A DNA stretch of 64,000 bases from NCBI RefSeq assembly GCF_009914755.1, contig NC_060929.1, one strand, 5' to 3'. The stretch's first letter is position 1; every line of letters starts with the position of its first letter. A program made the position numbers and the translations under genes. This DNA is from the human T2T-CHM13v2.0 reference genome, Homo sapiens. Shown piece after piece: positions 41,825 to 56,346 of this stretch. The notes under the pieces were generated by a model. It was not told where the DNA came from and ran no database searches. It was given only the letters and a program-made list of their open reading frames with translations.

Positions 41825-42010
41825 CTGGCATTAGGCCGCGTGCCGCAGGCCAGCTCTCACCGCTGGGCTCTTGAAGCAGGAGGCGCGAGCCGCGCCAAAG
41901 TCTGCAACGGCCTCAAGTCTCGACGCCAGCCTAGGCAAAAGGCAATGTATCTAAACGAAAAGAAAATAGGCTTTCTCCGCTCTACCGCCTCGGGCAGCCA
42001 CACCTCCACA
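41825..42010 (-). other. GFM2: GFM2 non-coding exon 1 (5' end approximate)
   Basis: Consensus donor CAG|gtgagt at 41825/41824 inside the CpG island; TSS cannot be fixed from sequence alone. Confidence 0.8.
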
Positions 42011-42136
42011 CTTCCGGCGGTGTACCGGCCAAATGCCGCCTGCCAGCAACTTCCGTCCTCCTAGCTAAAAGCGGAAAACAGAGGCTCGGAACCGCTGCGT
42101 GGTTCTTGCTCTTCACTCGGCCGTTTTAAAGGGTGA

Positions 42137-42145
42137 CTCTTTCCT
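42137..42145 (+). promoter_or_regulatory. NSA2: TCT initiator / 5'TOP-like tract of NSA2
   Basis: CTCTTTCCT matches YC+1TYTYY, followed by a GC-rich leader, ~110 nt upstream of the ATG. Confidence 0.7.
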
Positions 42146-42247
42146 GTCCCGGCCTGCGTGGTGTGGGCTTGTGGGTCTTTGAGACCCGAAAATTGAGAGC
42201 GTTTTCGCACTCCAGGGGCTGCTCCTGGCGGCTCTGCGGCCGTCACC

Positions 42248-42250
42248 ATG
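42248..42250 (+). CDS. NSA2: NSA2 exon 1 coding part (ATG only)
   Basis: gtcaccATG|gtaagg: good upstream Kozak context, followed immediately by the donor. Confidence 0.93.
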
Positions 42251-42964
42251 GTAAGGAGGATGCCTCGGACGCTCGCGACACACAGCGTCTGAGTTAGTGG
42301 GACCTGAGGACCCTGGGGCGCTGGGGTAGTGGGTGAGCGGTGGTAGGCGGAAATGAGAACTGCCAAGAGAAAAGGATGGTAGACCCGTGGGGTGGGCTCT
42401 GAGGAGTGGAAACAACTTCACATTCGAGACACAGACGGTATTTGCCAGAACACAAGCTTTGGAGCAAGATTTTACTCTGTCCTGTTTTCTTTTTTCTTTT
42501 TGATCCACCGCTAAGAGTCCTAAAAATTCCTGATTTCACCACAAGCGTGGTTATCAGCCCCAGAGCCTAATGGGAATATGGTTGTCCCTTGTACAGTCTT
42601 AGATGTCAGTCCCGCCCCCTTCATTTTACTGCTGAGGAAACTGAAGGCGTCCTTGCCAAAGACCAGACAGCTAATGAATTGCGAAGCCGGGCTTAACGGC
42701 CCAGATCTAACTGCCAGGTCCTTTCTCTTTGTGTTACGTCTCTATAATCTGCGTTTCTTTGCAAAATGGCATTCCATACACCCTTCATGTGATTGCTGCA
42801 AAGTTTATGTGATAGCAGTTGGTAGCAGCACACCTTGTTGGTTGTTACTTAACATTGCTCTCTGTGCTGGACTTGGCTTTGTATCATTTTTATTTTTGCA
42901 GCCTTAAAATACGAATAGACTCACGCCTGGCCGCGTGTTTAAAACGTGTCTAAAATGCAAAAAG

Positions 42965-43495
42965 CATCCCATACATTGCTGGTGAAAAGAAAAATAATGC
43001 ACTTTTGGAAAACGGTCTGGCAGTAAACACACGTCCACATGAAGACTTGCATGCAGTTGTTTATTGCAGATTTATTCGTAATCACCCAAAACTGGGAACA
43101 ACCCTGATACCTATCATCTGGTCAGCGGGTAAACAGTGGTGTATCCATACAATAGCATACTACTCAACAATAAAAAGGATTGAAGTTCCTATACCTGCAG
43201 CAAATTGGGTGAATCCCAAAAGCAAGAAACCAGATTCAAAAGGCTATGTACTACTGTTGATCCCTGTTTCATTCTGGGAAAGGCAAAACTGTAGGGATAG
43301 GTATCAAACTGAGGGTTGGGAAAGAGGATTGACTTAAAAGTTACATAGGGAATTTTAGGGGGAAATGGAAATTCTCTGTATTTTGATTGTGGTGGTTACA
43401 GGACTGTGTAGTTAGGAAAAACTTAGAACTGTATACCTAAAAAGGACAGGTTTTACTGTGTGTAAATTATGCTTCAATAAAACTGACTTAAATTT
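42965..43495 (+). mobile_element. L1MC/MD-like 3' fragment in NSA2 intron 1
   Basis: CATACATTGCTGGTG...CCAAAACTGGGAACAACCC...TGTAAATTATGCTTCAATAAA. Confidence 0.65.
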
Positions 43496-43817
43496 TTTAA
43501 ATGTGAAATGAAGGTGTTATTAAAAAAGCAAATTATGTCAAGGAAAAAAGATACTGTAATCAGTTCATCCCTTTTGTGGTCCAGTAGATTTTGGACCATT
43601 CCCTAATGAGATTATTAGAGATGTAAGCCCTGATGCCTCATATCATTCAAGACCAAAATTTAACTTACATCATGTGAATAAACTTAATGGTGCAAGAATC
43701 ATTTAAGTAAGTGAACATTTGGATGAAACAGGGTCTTTGTGCTGTGTAAAAGAAAGCATTTTAGAATAATTGTCAGTACTTTAAAAAATTAAAATAATAT
43801 TTCTTCCATCATTATAG

Positions 43818-44005
43818 CCACAGAATGAATATATTGAATTACACCGTAAACGCTATGGATACCGTTTGGATTACCATGAGAAAAAGAGAAAGAAGGAAAG
43901 TCGAGAGGCTCATGAACGTTCAAAGAAGGCAAAGAAAATGATTGGTCTGAAGGCTAAGCTTTACCATAAACAGCGTCATGCTGAGAAAATACAAATGAAA
44001 AAGAC
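43818..44005 (+). CDS. NSA2: NSA2 exon 2 (188 nt): [27 protein letters not shown]...
   Basis: tatag|CC acceptor, GAC|gtaagt donor; conserved Nsa2 N-terminus MPQNEY. Confidence 0.97.
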
Positions 44006-44100
44006 GTAAGTGGTCTCATTTATTTGTCATAACAAGTTAACATCTTTTGAGTAATCATTATTAAAACAGATAATCTTGAATCTTTTTTCCTTCTTGGTAG

Positions 44101-44251
44101 TATCAAGATGCATGAAAAGAGAAACACCAAACAAAAGAATGATGAAAAGACACCACAGGGAGCAGTACCTGCCTATCTGCTGGACAGAGAGGGACAATCT
44201 CGAGCTAAAGTACTTTCCAATATGATTAAACAGAAAAGAAAAGAGAAGGCG
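44101..44251 (+). CDS. NSA2: NSA2 exon 3 (151 nt): IKMHEKR...[31 protein letters not shown]
   Basis: ggtag|TA acceptor, GCG|gtaagc donor. Confidence 0.97.
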
Positions 44252-44901
44252 GTAAGCAATAACAATTGAAGTCTTTGTTTTGTTTAGGAGAATTACTTAA
44301 ATTCAAATTTGAGGTTCTTGTTTCTCGGTTTAATTTCAAACATGAAGTACAGCTATTATTCCCATTATTTAGATGTTGAAGTCTTTGTAAATTTAATAAA
44401 AAACTTGCTTTCTCATCATAAGGTTTTAAAATTTAAGTTATAAAAAAAATTTATTAGAATGCCATATGAAATTAAAAAGCTGGTAAGGAGTGAATTTCAA
44501 ATTCAATATTTGTCTTCCTGTTTGAAAACCCACAGTGCTATGCAGTCATAAAGAAAAATACAAATGCTTCTTATTTGTGCTGCCCTGTAGTGCCAAACTT
44601 GGTTAAAAAGTAGAATGGTGGAAAACTCCCTGAGTTGTCACAAAAAATGTGGCTTTTTAAAACACCTGTAAATAGATTAGCAGAAATCCAGATAAAAGAA
44701 TATGCAGTATTTATATTTAAAGAATTATTTTTACTGCCTTACACTATTTCAGTTTTTTCATAGAATTTGCACTCAAGGGAGGCATAAAACATCTGGTGAG
44801 GATTTTGTCTTGCTAGTGATCTACAGATCCATCTCGGGAAGAAATACAGAGACATATTAAGAGGTGGAAACACTCTTCCAGTGTTATGCTATTAAACATT
44901 A

Positions 44902-45238
<337 letters not shown>

Positions 45239-45517
45239 CCACCACATTACAGGTGGTATTTTCTCACCCATAACACAGCATTAAGATTTTTAGCTTAAGC
45301 CAACCATTTATTTAACATACCCATGATATATAAACTTGTTCTGTTTAATTTGCAGCTTATGAGACAATACAGACCTCTAGAAGACGGTTGAGCCAAAAAT
45401 GTGTTGATGGTCAAGCAAAAAAAATAGATCTATTACTTTGTACAACTAAAACATATTTGACTTATTCTCATTGTCCTTTAATAACAATATAAACTTTTAA
45501 CTGTGGCATATTTTTAG

Positions 45518-45697
45518 GGAAAATGGGAAGTCCCTCTGCCTAAAGTACGTGCCCAGGGAGAAACAGAAGTATTAAAAGTTATTCGAACAGGAAAGAGAAA
45601 GAAGAAGGCATGGAAGAGAATGGTTACTAAAGTGTGCTTTGTTGGAGATGGCTTTACAAGAAAACCACCTAAATATGAAAGATTCATCAGGCCAATG
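45518..45697 (+). CDS. NSA2: NSA2 exon 4 (180 nt): [11 protein letters not shown]...[29 protein letters not shown]
   Basis: tttag|GG acceptor, ATG|gtaagt donor. Confidence 0.97.
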
Positions 45698-45869
45698 GTA
45701 AGTCCTTGGAAGAGTGTAATGACCGAAATGTTAGTTGACTTTATTAAATCGGATAAAGAACATTATCATTTCCTGAAATTCTTTAAATTGATGTGGAACA
45801 GGTTGAAAGATATTTTTATGCAATTTTTGTTATTTTATTGACAGAAGTTATTTAGTACTTTTTCCACTA

Positions 45870-46217
<348 letters not shown>

Positions 46218-46453
46218 TCATAAGACATTGTCAGTGAATTCTGACTTTTAAACATGACATATTAGAATCTTCATTTTCCACAGTCATATTTTCCTCATTA
46301 AACTAGTGATCTACAATATGCCTGATATTGTCTAGGTCTCAAAACACTTCTTGTCTTTGACAGCAGTTCGAAAACTTGAGTAGGACTGTTTTATAAGAGT
46401 CAATTCCAGTTTGATAAGGAAAGTATCTAAATGCTTTTGAAAATCATTGAAAA

Positions 46454-47320
<867 letters not shown>

Positions 47321-47334
47321 TAATAGATTAAAAT

Positions 47335-47515
47335 ATTGGCAAATAGCCTGTTTCTGTAAATAAAATTTTAATGGAACACAGTCATGCCTGTTCATTTACA
47401 TATTGCATAACCCCTACCCCTAGAATTGAGCAGTTGCAACAGAGGCCATATGGCCTGACAAAGCCTAAAGTGTTTACCTATTGGGTTCTTTACACAAAAT
47501 GTTTGCCCACCCCGG
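47335..47515. mobile_element. MER58-like fragment
   Basis: GTAAATAAAATTTTAATGGAACACAGTCATGCC...CAGTTGCAACAGAGGCCATATGGCCTGACAAAGCCTAAA. Confidence 0.65.
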
Positions 47516-48243
47516 ATTATATCATGGACTCGACTTGTTTTGGTTTCATATTCATAGTCTGAATATATTTTGGTAGCCTTAACAGTTCTACAGGGAGAGA
47601 ATATACAAGTCAGGCTATTCTAGGTTTTCTGTAGTTTCACAGATTTGTCATTATAATCAGATGGCATCCTGAATGGTGTCAGTTTCTTACAAGCTTGATT
47701 AATGAGTCTGTTACTAAGAAACTGATTTAGTGATTTTTTCCCCCCATCCCCATGCACACAAAAATGAAGACTGCAAAATGTTGTGACGTTTAAAGTACTA
47801 CACCCTAAAAGACCTTATTAGGTGACTGGGTGACTTCATAACCAGTTTCTGTAACAAAGACTCCTCTGGGTCTCCTCCAGTCTCATATTGCCATCAACCT
47901 AAAGAAAGCTGACAGTCCACTCCTTTTTTCATCATGGAAGGTAGCCGAGTTATATAAAGACTTGGAATCAGGATATTAAGGTTTGAGTCTGTTTACCACT
48001 CACCATTTAATCTGGAAACAAGTCATTTAACCTGCTGATCCTTGTTACATCATTTGAAAACAGAGGAGAGGGGATGTGTTTGTTGTGAGGTTATTGTGTT
48101 TAAGTGAGCCAGTTGTGAGCTAGCATAGTGGCCTGGTATATATAAAGTCCTTAGTAAGTCTAAGTGTAGATGACTAGACAGTAAAAATCTGGGTATGTTG
48201 CTAGGTAGCTATTACAGGGTGAAAAAAAAAAAAACTTTTCAGA

Positions 48244-48540
48244 GGCTAGCTGTGGTGGCCTGTAATCCCAGCACTTTGGGAGGCTGAGGTGGGTGGATAC
48301 GTTGAGAGCCCAGGAGTCCAAGACCAGCAGGCAACATGGCGAAACCCCATCTCTACCAAAAAAAAAAAAAAATAAAATAAGCTAGGCATGGTGGTGCGTG
48401 CCTGTAGTCCCAGCTACTCAGGAGCCTGAGGTGGGAGGATGTCTTGAGCCCAAGAAGTCCAAGCTGCAGTGAGCCAAGATCACGCCACTGCACTCTGGCG
48501 TGGGCAACTGGGCAAGACCCTGTCTCAAAAGAAAAAGAAA
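48244..48540 (+). mobile_element. Alu (AluJ-like)
   Basis: Diverged dimer. Confidence 0.88.
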
Positions 48541-48754
48541 TTCTTAAGTATTTGTGTGGGTGTTTTCCCCACATATTTATACTGTAACCATCAGCTTTTT
48601 ACTCTGTAAAACATATTTTGTTAGCTTCTTTAAGATGACATTATTCAACCATAGTTTTTTGGAGATGGTTGAAAAAGATAAGCGAAAACGACCACTACTC
48701 ATCACTGTTAACATTTTGGACGTAAACATTCTTATGTTGTGTTTGACTTACTAG

Positions 48755-48947
48755 GGCTTGCGTTTCAAGAAAGCCCATGTAACACATCCTGAACTGAAAG
48801 CCACCTTTTGCCTACCAATACTTGGTGTAAAGAAGAATCCCTCATCCCCACTGTATACAACTTTGGGTGTTATTACCAAAGGTACTGTCATTGAAGTAAA
48901 TGTGAGCGAATTGGGCCTTGTGACGCAAGGAGGCAAAGTTATTTGGG
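48755..48947 (+). CDS. NSA2: NSA2 exon 5 (193 nt): [18 protein letters not shown]...[24 protein letters not shown]
   Basis: actag|GG acceptor, GGG|gtaagt donor; S8e-family region. Confidence 0.97.
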
Positions 48948-49205
48948 GTAAGTGAATTTTTGAATACAGGGCTGCTGTGTTCTGCAGTACTAATAGAAAT
49001 ACTATTCAAGTTGATGTATTAATAAAATATACAGCAAATTTTTTTAATGCAGTAGAGCTAAAACACTGTAAATCAGATGTAAATATTTAGTAAAAAATAC
49101 TTTATAGAAAAAGTAGTTATAAATACAATTGTTTTAAAATTTAGCTTACTGGTTTTAGTTACATAAGGTGTAATACATTCTGCTAGATTTATTTTGATCC
49201 TTTTT

Positions 49206-49522
<317 letters not shown>

Positions 49523-49820
49523 TTATTATAAGGGAAGCAGATGCAAAGTTATAACTAAGAAATATTATAAGAAAATAGAATAAATTAACCATGAGCAGAG
49601 GAAGGGAGGCATATATCAAACATATTTTAAAAGTGAGGTCAGCTTACATGAAGTATTAGCCAATGACTAAAGATGTCTTCCGTAAGAAAAAATTTCTTTT
49701 GCCACAACTTTATATTATGTAAATACTTCTTATATTTACATGCTAACATTAAGAGAAAATACCTATTACATTTAAAGAAATAGAACTATCTGTCCCACGT
49801 AGGTAAACTGATCATTGAAA

Positions 49821-50141
<321 letters not shown>

Positions 50142-50220
50142 TTAGTTCGTTCTGTTAATTCCCATTAACAGGTCTCAGAAATCATGTAGAAGCTTCCAGG
50201 CTTTAAAAAGCCCCCTCGCT

Positions 50221-50515
50221 ATCTGGGCGCAGTGGCTGACACCTATAATCCCAGCACTTGGGGAGGCCGAGGCAGGCGGTTCACTTGAGACTGGAGTTGG
50301 AGACCAGCCTGGCCAACATGACAAAACGCCGTCTCTACTAAAAATACAAAACAATTAGCCAGGTGTGGTTGTGGGTGCCTGTAATTCCAGCTACTCGGGA
50401 GGCTGAGGCAGGAGAATCACATGAACCTGGAGCTTGCAGTGAGCTGAGATCATGCCACTGCACTCCGGCCTGGGAGACAGAGCAAGCCTCCATCTCAAAA
50501 ATAAGTAAAATAAAA
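50221..50515 (+). mobile_element. Alu (AluS-like), sharing its 3' flank with the Alu at 49206
   Basis: Full dimer with a short deletion in the right arm. Confidence 0.9.
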
Positions 50516-51089
50516 ATATTTTGATCTTTTTTAATAAAAATTCTTTATTACAAGGGAAGCAGATGCAAAGTTATAACTAAAAAAAAATTGTAAAAAAAAA
50601 ATAGAATAAATTAACCATGAGCCGAGGGAGGCATACAACATATAATCACACTAGATCAGTAATAATTAAAACAGAAATGTGTCATGCAGTAATTTTAAAC
50701 GCCCTCATTTGCTTAGTTTTCTACCTTTAGTACCCAGATCCAATTTCTTTGAAAGGGAAGAATACACGCTACAACTTCTTCAGTCATTGGTTTATACTTC
50801 ATGTCAGCTGACCTCAGTTTTAAAATATGTTGTTACCTTGACTTGAAACTCATTTGAAACTTGATACATTTTCCAGGAAGAATTATGTGAAAAAGTGACA
50901 ATGCTCAGGTCAATCCACAAAAGCCTGTTAATGCAATGTACTAATAACATGGAGCTGGCCATTATTTGCAAAAACACTATTTGTATGAAAATTGTATTCA
51001 GAACTCAAATTTGTCCTTAAATGATTGAATTTTGTAAAATCTCATTTATCCTTTATGGTTCATTTCTTATTTATTGAAAGTGGTAATTA

Positions 51090-51418
<329 letters not shown>

Positions 51419-51492
51419 GTTATATTCTTTAAAATTAATTTTTATTAGCTAACAACCCTCCCTTTTCCCTTTTTTGGTTTTGTTTTCCTTAG

Positions 51493-51560
51493 GAAAATAT
51501 GCCCAGGTTACCAACAATCCTGAAAATGATGGATGTATAAATGCAGTCTTACTGGTTTGA
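51493..51560 (+). CDS. NSA2: NSA2 exon 6 coding part: (G)[21 protein letters not shown]; total CDS 783 nt = 260 aa
   Basis: cttag|GA acceptor; TGA at 51558-51560; exon lengths sum to 783. Confidence 0.97.
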
Positions 51561-51673
51561 CAGCAATTTCATATATAATTATTGAGGACTACACACCAAT
51601 TGAAGAAACTGCCATTACTGTGATGTTTCTGAATACTACCAAACAGCCATACATGTCTGCAATGAAGAGATTT

Positions 51674-51693
51674 ATTAAATTGTAAACATTAAA
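51674..51693 (+). terminator. NSA2: Candidate NSA2 poly(A) signals (two ATTAAA)
   Basis: ATTAAA at 51674-51679 and 51688-51693, followed by a T-rich tract near 51715. Confidence 0.6.
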
Positions 51694-52479
51694 GTGGTCC
51701 AGTTTTATAAATGGTCTTTATTTTGAAATACGCTTTGACCCCATGTTCATAAAACTGAATGATTGAAAAAAAGCAAATATACAAATATCCTACTTCATCA
51801 ATATCTGCATTTGTGAGTGGGTATTCAGCAATTTCCTGAAAAAACCACCAGTGTTCATTGAAAATGCCTTTCAAAAAGGTTAATACACAATTATGTGTCT
51901 GAGAATTTAACTGAAGTATCTTCAAAATCTCGTTAATCATTAATCCTAAAAAAGGTAGGTAGCATTAATACAGATGTTAAGTTTATAGTGTTTGTTTGTT
52001 TACACTAGAAGTATGTGAGAAGACACTAAAAGTTCAGAAATCTTAGAGAAATCTTTTCACCTGTGAAATCCAGTACAGCAAAGGTCTAGTGAATTCACAT
52101 TCTAAACATTTTTTTCATCTCATTTACCATGTATAATAATACCTACTTGGCACTATTTTCTACTTGAATCATGAAAATGAAAAAAATATACTAAAGTCTT
52201 TGTACTCTCTTAGCATTTTCTGTATTCTAAACAATATATTTATACTTTCAGAATAGTATTAAGAATTAGTTTAAGTAACTCCAGCTAAGTTTTAAAAGGA
52301 AAAAGAAGACTGCACTGATTCCCTGAGGAGAAATTTATTTGCAGTTACTTAGATGATGTAAAAAGGTAAGGATTTACGGTTGTAACTTGGTGAAAGCACT
52401 TTTGTGATCTGTTATATGTTGTGGTTTTAAGGATGGCGTATATTACATTAATCTATAATCACCACATTGTTTTAAATTG

Positions 52480-52485
52480 TTTATT
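52480..52485 (-). terminator. FAM169A: Candidate distal FAM169A poly(A) signal (AATAAA)
   Basis: TTTATT on the + strand at the end of a long, nearly repeat-free AT-rich stretch downstream of the FAM169A stop. Confidence 0.55.
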
Positions 52486-54199
52486 TTTTTTTAAAGAAGT
52501 CTGTCTTCAGAGTACAACCAATGTGATTAATTGTGCCTTTAACAAAGTCATTCAATGTCTAAACAAATTCAGTATCTGAAACATCTTCATGAGGAAAACT
52601 GAAGGAAAAGAATTTAAAAACACAGACCAGGAAACAATCACAAAATATAGGTTTAATTACTACTTTTAAACTTAAAAAAAAATAAAAACCAAGAAAACAA
52701 ACATAGGTACTCCAGTAAGACTTGCTACTCTGAATAATGTAACATTTTTTCTAAGTTCTATAAATATATACTGGAAGTTTTAGAACACATACAGACGCTT
52801 AGGAAAAGAAAGGCTAGTTCCTTGGAAATGACGATCCAGGATGATACAATCACTTGATGACAGAAGGTAAGCCTTTCTTACAATTAGATTTTAGCAGATA
52901 ATTTTACCACTAATATAAATGGGTGATGTGTGGATCACAAGTTCTAGAAGGCGAATAAAAATACTGACTCCAGGTAATTTCTGGATACTACAAAAATGAA
53001 GTTTGCTTGTTTTTTTTAGAACCAAAAATACTATCTTGTAAGGTACAAAGAAAGCTTGATATTAAGTATGAAAACATAAGCATAACATTTGTAACTAATC
53101 ACACCCATGAAAGACGACTAGATGACACCTGAAACATTTTTCAAAATACTGTAACACAGATGAGTAATATTAGTATAAATTTTTTATGTACATTAAGATC
53201 TGTTTCAGTTTGCTGGTGTGACCAAACCTTAGAAGGTAATCCCAAGGGATAAAGCAGAACATAAGAGCAGATATTTAGATATTAGTACAGGCTCAATTTG
53301 ATGCAATCATAAACCTTCAAGATTTCTAGTCACTGAAACCCCATTGTAGGTAGTGTTCTGGAGTCTGCTATAAGTAAATCTTTAATGACTAGATGTTTTC
53401 CTTACCATCTACACTGAATGGAAATACCATGAATATAGACACATTTTAAGTAGAAGACTGACGTTCTAAATCATGCTGTTTGATTTTATAAAAAATCATA
53501 ATAGACCCTCTCACCTTTAAAAGTTGTAGAGGAGCTTTATAATAAATTCTTAAATATACTAATTTCTGTGATGTCTAGCAATTGAATAATTTAAACTTGA
53601 AAGAACTAAAATACTAATAACCATCTGCTTTATATTACACAAGGAAATATACACGTATGTACATAAAAAGTGAACTCCCTTCACAAATAAGTTCACAAAG
53701 GACTATGTGTAATGTGACTGGACATTCAACAACTAGACTAGCCGGTTGAAATCACATTTTCAGTCCTCTGTAATTGTGAAATTTTTTCTAATGCCTTGCA
53801 AAAACTACAGATAACTGATTAAGTTCATGTAGGTTCCTTATTGAAGATAAATTGTGGTATAAATTCTATACTCAAGTTACTGAACATGAGAGTTAGGTTT
53901 TTCCAAGTGATCTAACTTTTCCCTCTATAATCTATAAACCCCAAAATAACAATTTCTGTCAGAGAGAATCTGTAACAGAAGTGTTCTTGTGTGCTGAACA
54001 AAAAACTTCTAAATTGTTTACAATTCACTTACTATTTAACCCAAACAAGTTTAACAAGAATAAGTTTATACTGTTAGCCCCCAATGGTCATATATGATTA
54101 ATAAACATTTTTTGTAAACTCAACTATATTCACACATCAAGAGTTGAGCCAGTGAGCTCAATCTTTAAAAAACTACACTTGTCTAAAGAAAGTCTTTTA

Positions 54200-54303
54200 G
54201 TGCTCACTTCGGCAGCACATATACTAAAATTAGAACAATACAGGGAAAATTAGCATGGCCCCTGTGCAAGGATGACACAAATTCATGAAGCGTTTCCATG
54301 TTT
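54200..54303 (+). pseudogene. U6 snRNA retropseudogene with 15-bp TSD
   Basis: GTGCTCACTTCGGCAGCACATATACTAAAATT...GAAGCGTTTCCATG; TSD AAAGAAAGT(C/A)TTTTA at 54185-54199 and 54316-54330; ACAGAGA box mutated to ACAGGGA. Confidence 0.95.
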
Positions 54304-55160
54304 AAAATAATTTGAAAAGAAAGTATTTTAAACAAATCCAAGTAAAAATAAAATATCTACAAGTGTTTTCAAATCTAAGAAATGAAACATGTAAAGATTA
54401 AGAATTTACTGAATCTTAACAGAATATTTCCCTTTGTGATATTGACAGAAGTTTCTCATAAAATGTATAAAACAGCATAAATGTTTGGTAGATTCACTAA
54501 TAGTAGTCATACTTTTTTTTTTTTACTTAGTATTAGCATTTGTTGAAAAAATAAATGGCCAAAGTGCTTTAATTTTCATTTAGAATGAAATAATCTGGCT
54601 TACCTTTGACTAATTAAAGAAAATATAGGGTAATACAATTGTTCAAAATCTAACACAAATAGGAGCGTTTACTATTTTTGTCTGCTTTAAGATTTTAACT
54701 TGATCGAAAATACCAACATCCCCAAACAAAATTTACTGACCTGACATCAGCTTACTATAGACTGAATACACTTTCAACATCAGTCCTTAGCTACCTCAAA
54801 TAATGACACAAAGTCTTAGTTTCTTTTGCATAAGGATCAAGATCAAGCTATTTTTAAAACAATTTAAATGGTCTCAAAACATTCTCCAACTTAAGTGCAA
54901 ATTTGAGTACACATAATATTTCCAAAGAGTAGAACTGTTTTTAGATTATCTTTGGATTCTAATAACCATTTTGTCCATTTTTAAATAAATTACAAAAAAT
55001 AACAGTTCAGTGTTTTTTTTCTTCAAATTTTCCTAGGCCTTTGTTATGGCAACACAATATATACTTAACAGGCCAGCTTGCAACCAGTACTCAGTACAAA
55101 TCAAAGGATGATTGAAGCCTCCAATATGATTGAAGCCCTTGTAACCACAGCTCCCCCAAA

Positions 55161-55234
55161 GGCAGTTTACCCCTGCCATATAGGTCTAACACTGGGGGCA
55201 GTTTTACTCCTGCCATATAGGTCTAACATTGTGG
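55161..55234. repeat. Two-copy ~37-bp tandem duplication in the FAM169A 3'UTR region
   Basis: GGCAGTTT(T)AC(C/T)CCTGCCATATAGGTCTAACA occurs twice. Confidence 0.88.
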
Positions 55235-56346
55235 GGTGCACCTCCAAACCTACCCAAAAATGGACATCAAGGGCACAAGCCGGCAGGCAGGAAGATCTGT
55301 TGATTGGAGAATCACTCCATGAGTTACAGAAGTAGATGAAAGCTGTGGGGGAATATAAATAAGACTGTAGAATTAGGGAGGTGGCAAGATTTAAGGAGAT
55401 GCCTTAGGAAGGAGCCTCATACTTCTGAAATATAGATGTTAACTGGGTTGGGATAAAAGTAAAATCTCCAGCTTAATTTATCTATCTGATCAGGACCAGA
55501 AGTCCAAATTAAACCATGTCTCCAAAGTATAGTTGTGATTTTTACCTGATTAAAGGTGAAAGTCTAAACTTCTAGGCGTCTGCACATATGCAGACAAAAA
55601 AAATTACAGCAAACTAATACTTCAAATGAAATTTTAAATAATTAGTCCCCACATGCCACAGTTAAATCCCTGACAGTACTGTTAACATCAGATGATAGAA
55701 TGAATCAGAAACAGATTTTATGTGTACCTTTCCATAGATAGTGAAGTCAAAGGAAAAAACTGCATCTATATCTAGGATTAAGAGGCCAAAACCAAAATAT
55801 CTTCATGAACCTTTGACCGTAAGTTTCTGTTTTTGTGCTCTCATTTACTTGAAGTTATATTTTTTCTAATTTATTGACACTTATTTTTGTTTAGGCATGC
55901 CTACATTTTAAAAAATTGGTGATTAGTTTTGAAATTTAAAACTTCTAGAACCCTCACCAAGTTTTACTATTAAAACCCTTAGTATAAAAGATTTCTGTGA
56001 TCCTTATAAGTAATGGAAATCCTACTACTTTCACAGCTTTTTAATTATATTTTTGAAATAATGGTCAGATGTACCACCTGATAAAGAAAATATAATATGA
56101 TCTGGTTTCCCAAAATTGAAACATGGTTAATAAAAATAAAAAATTGCATTTACCAAAAATAGCCTGGAAAATTAAAAACAATGGTGAATTCTACGTTCTA
56201 AAGGGAAGCAAAAAACTGCATAGTAAGTTCAAATTGAAATTTTGGAAATTTTTGTCCTGTGCCCCATGCTGTTTATTAATTACCATATTTTAAAAACAAC
56301 AACTATGTTACAAAGAAGAGGATTTATCATCCACTTTCTTCTTCCT

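Larger units (their letters stand above)
41620..42480. promoter_or_regulatory. CpG island / bidirectional promoter of GFM2 and NSA2 with ETS (GABPA-type) sites
   Basis: Sharp rise in GC and CpG; CACTTCCGG at 42009-42017, ACTTCCG near 42049, further CGGAA cores near 42072 and 42087; divergent first-exon donors at 41824 and 42251. Confidence 0.9.

Noticed and set aside
42124-42130. TTTTAAA as NSA2 TATA box
   Set aside because: Only ~10-15 nt upstream of the TCT motif, which is the wrong spacing.
41456-42907. Multiple overlapping ORFs across the promoter
   Set aside because: Expected in GC-rich, stop-poor CpG island DNA; mostly non-ATG starts with no recognisable domains.
45716-45776. C/D-box-like pair (GTAATGA...CTGA) in NSA2 intron 4, considered because TOP genes often host snoRNAs
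   Set aside because: Imperfect C box, only ~19 nt from the donor, no terminal stem and no recognisable rRNA guide.
54200-54303. Functional U6 gene
   Set aside because: ACAGAGA box mutated, TSD present and no recognisable upstream PSE/TATA; it is a retrocopy.
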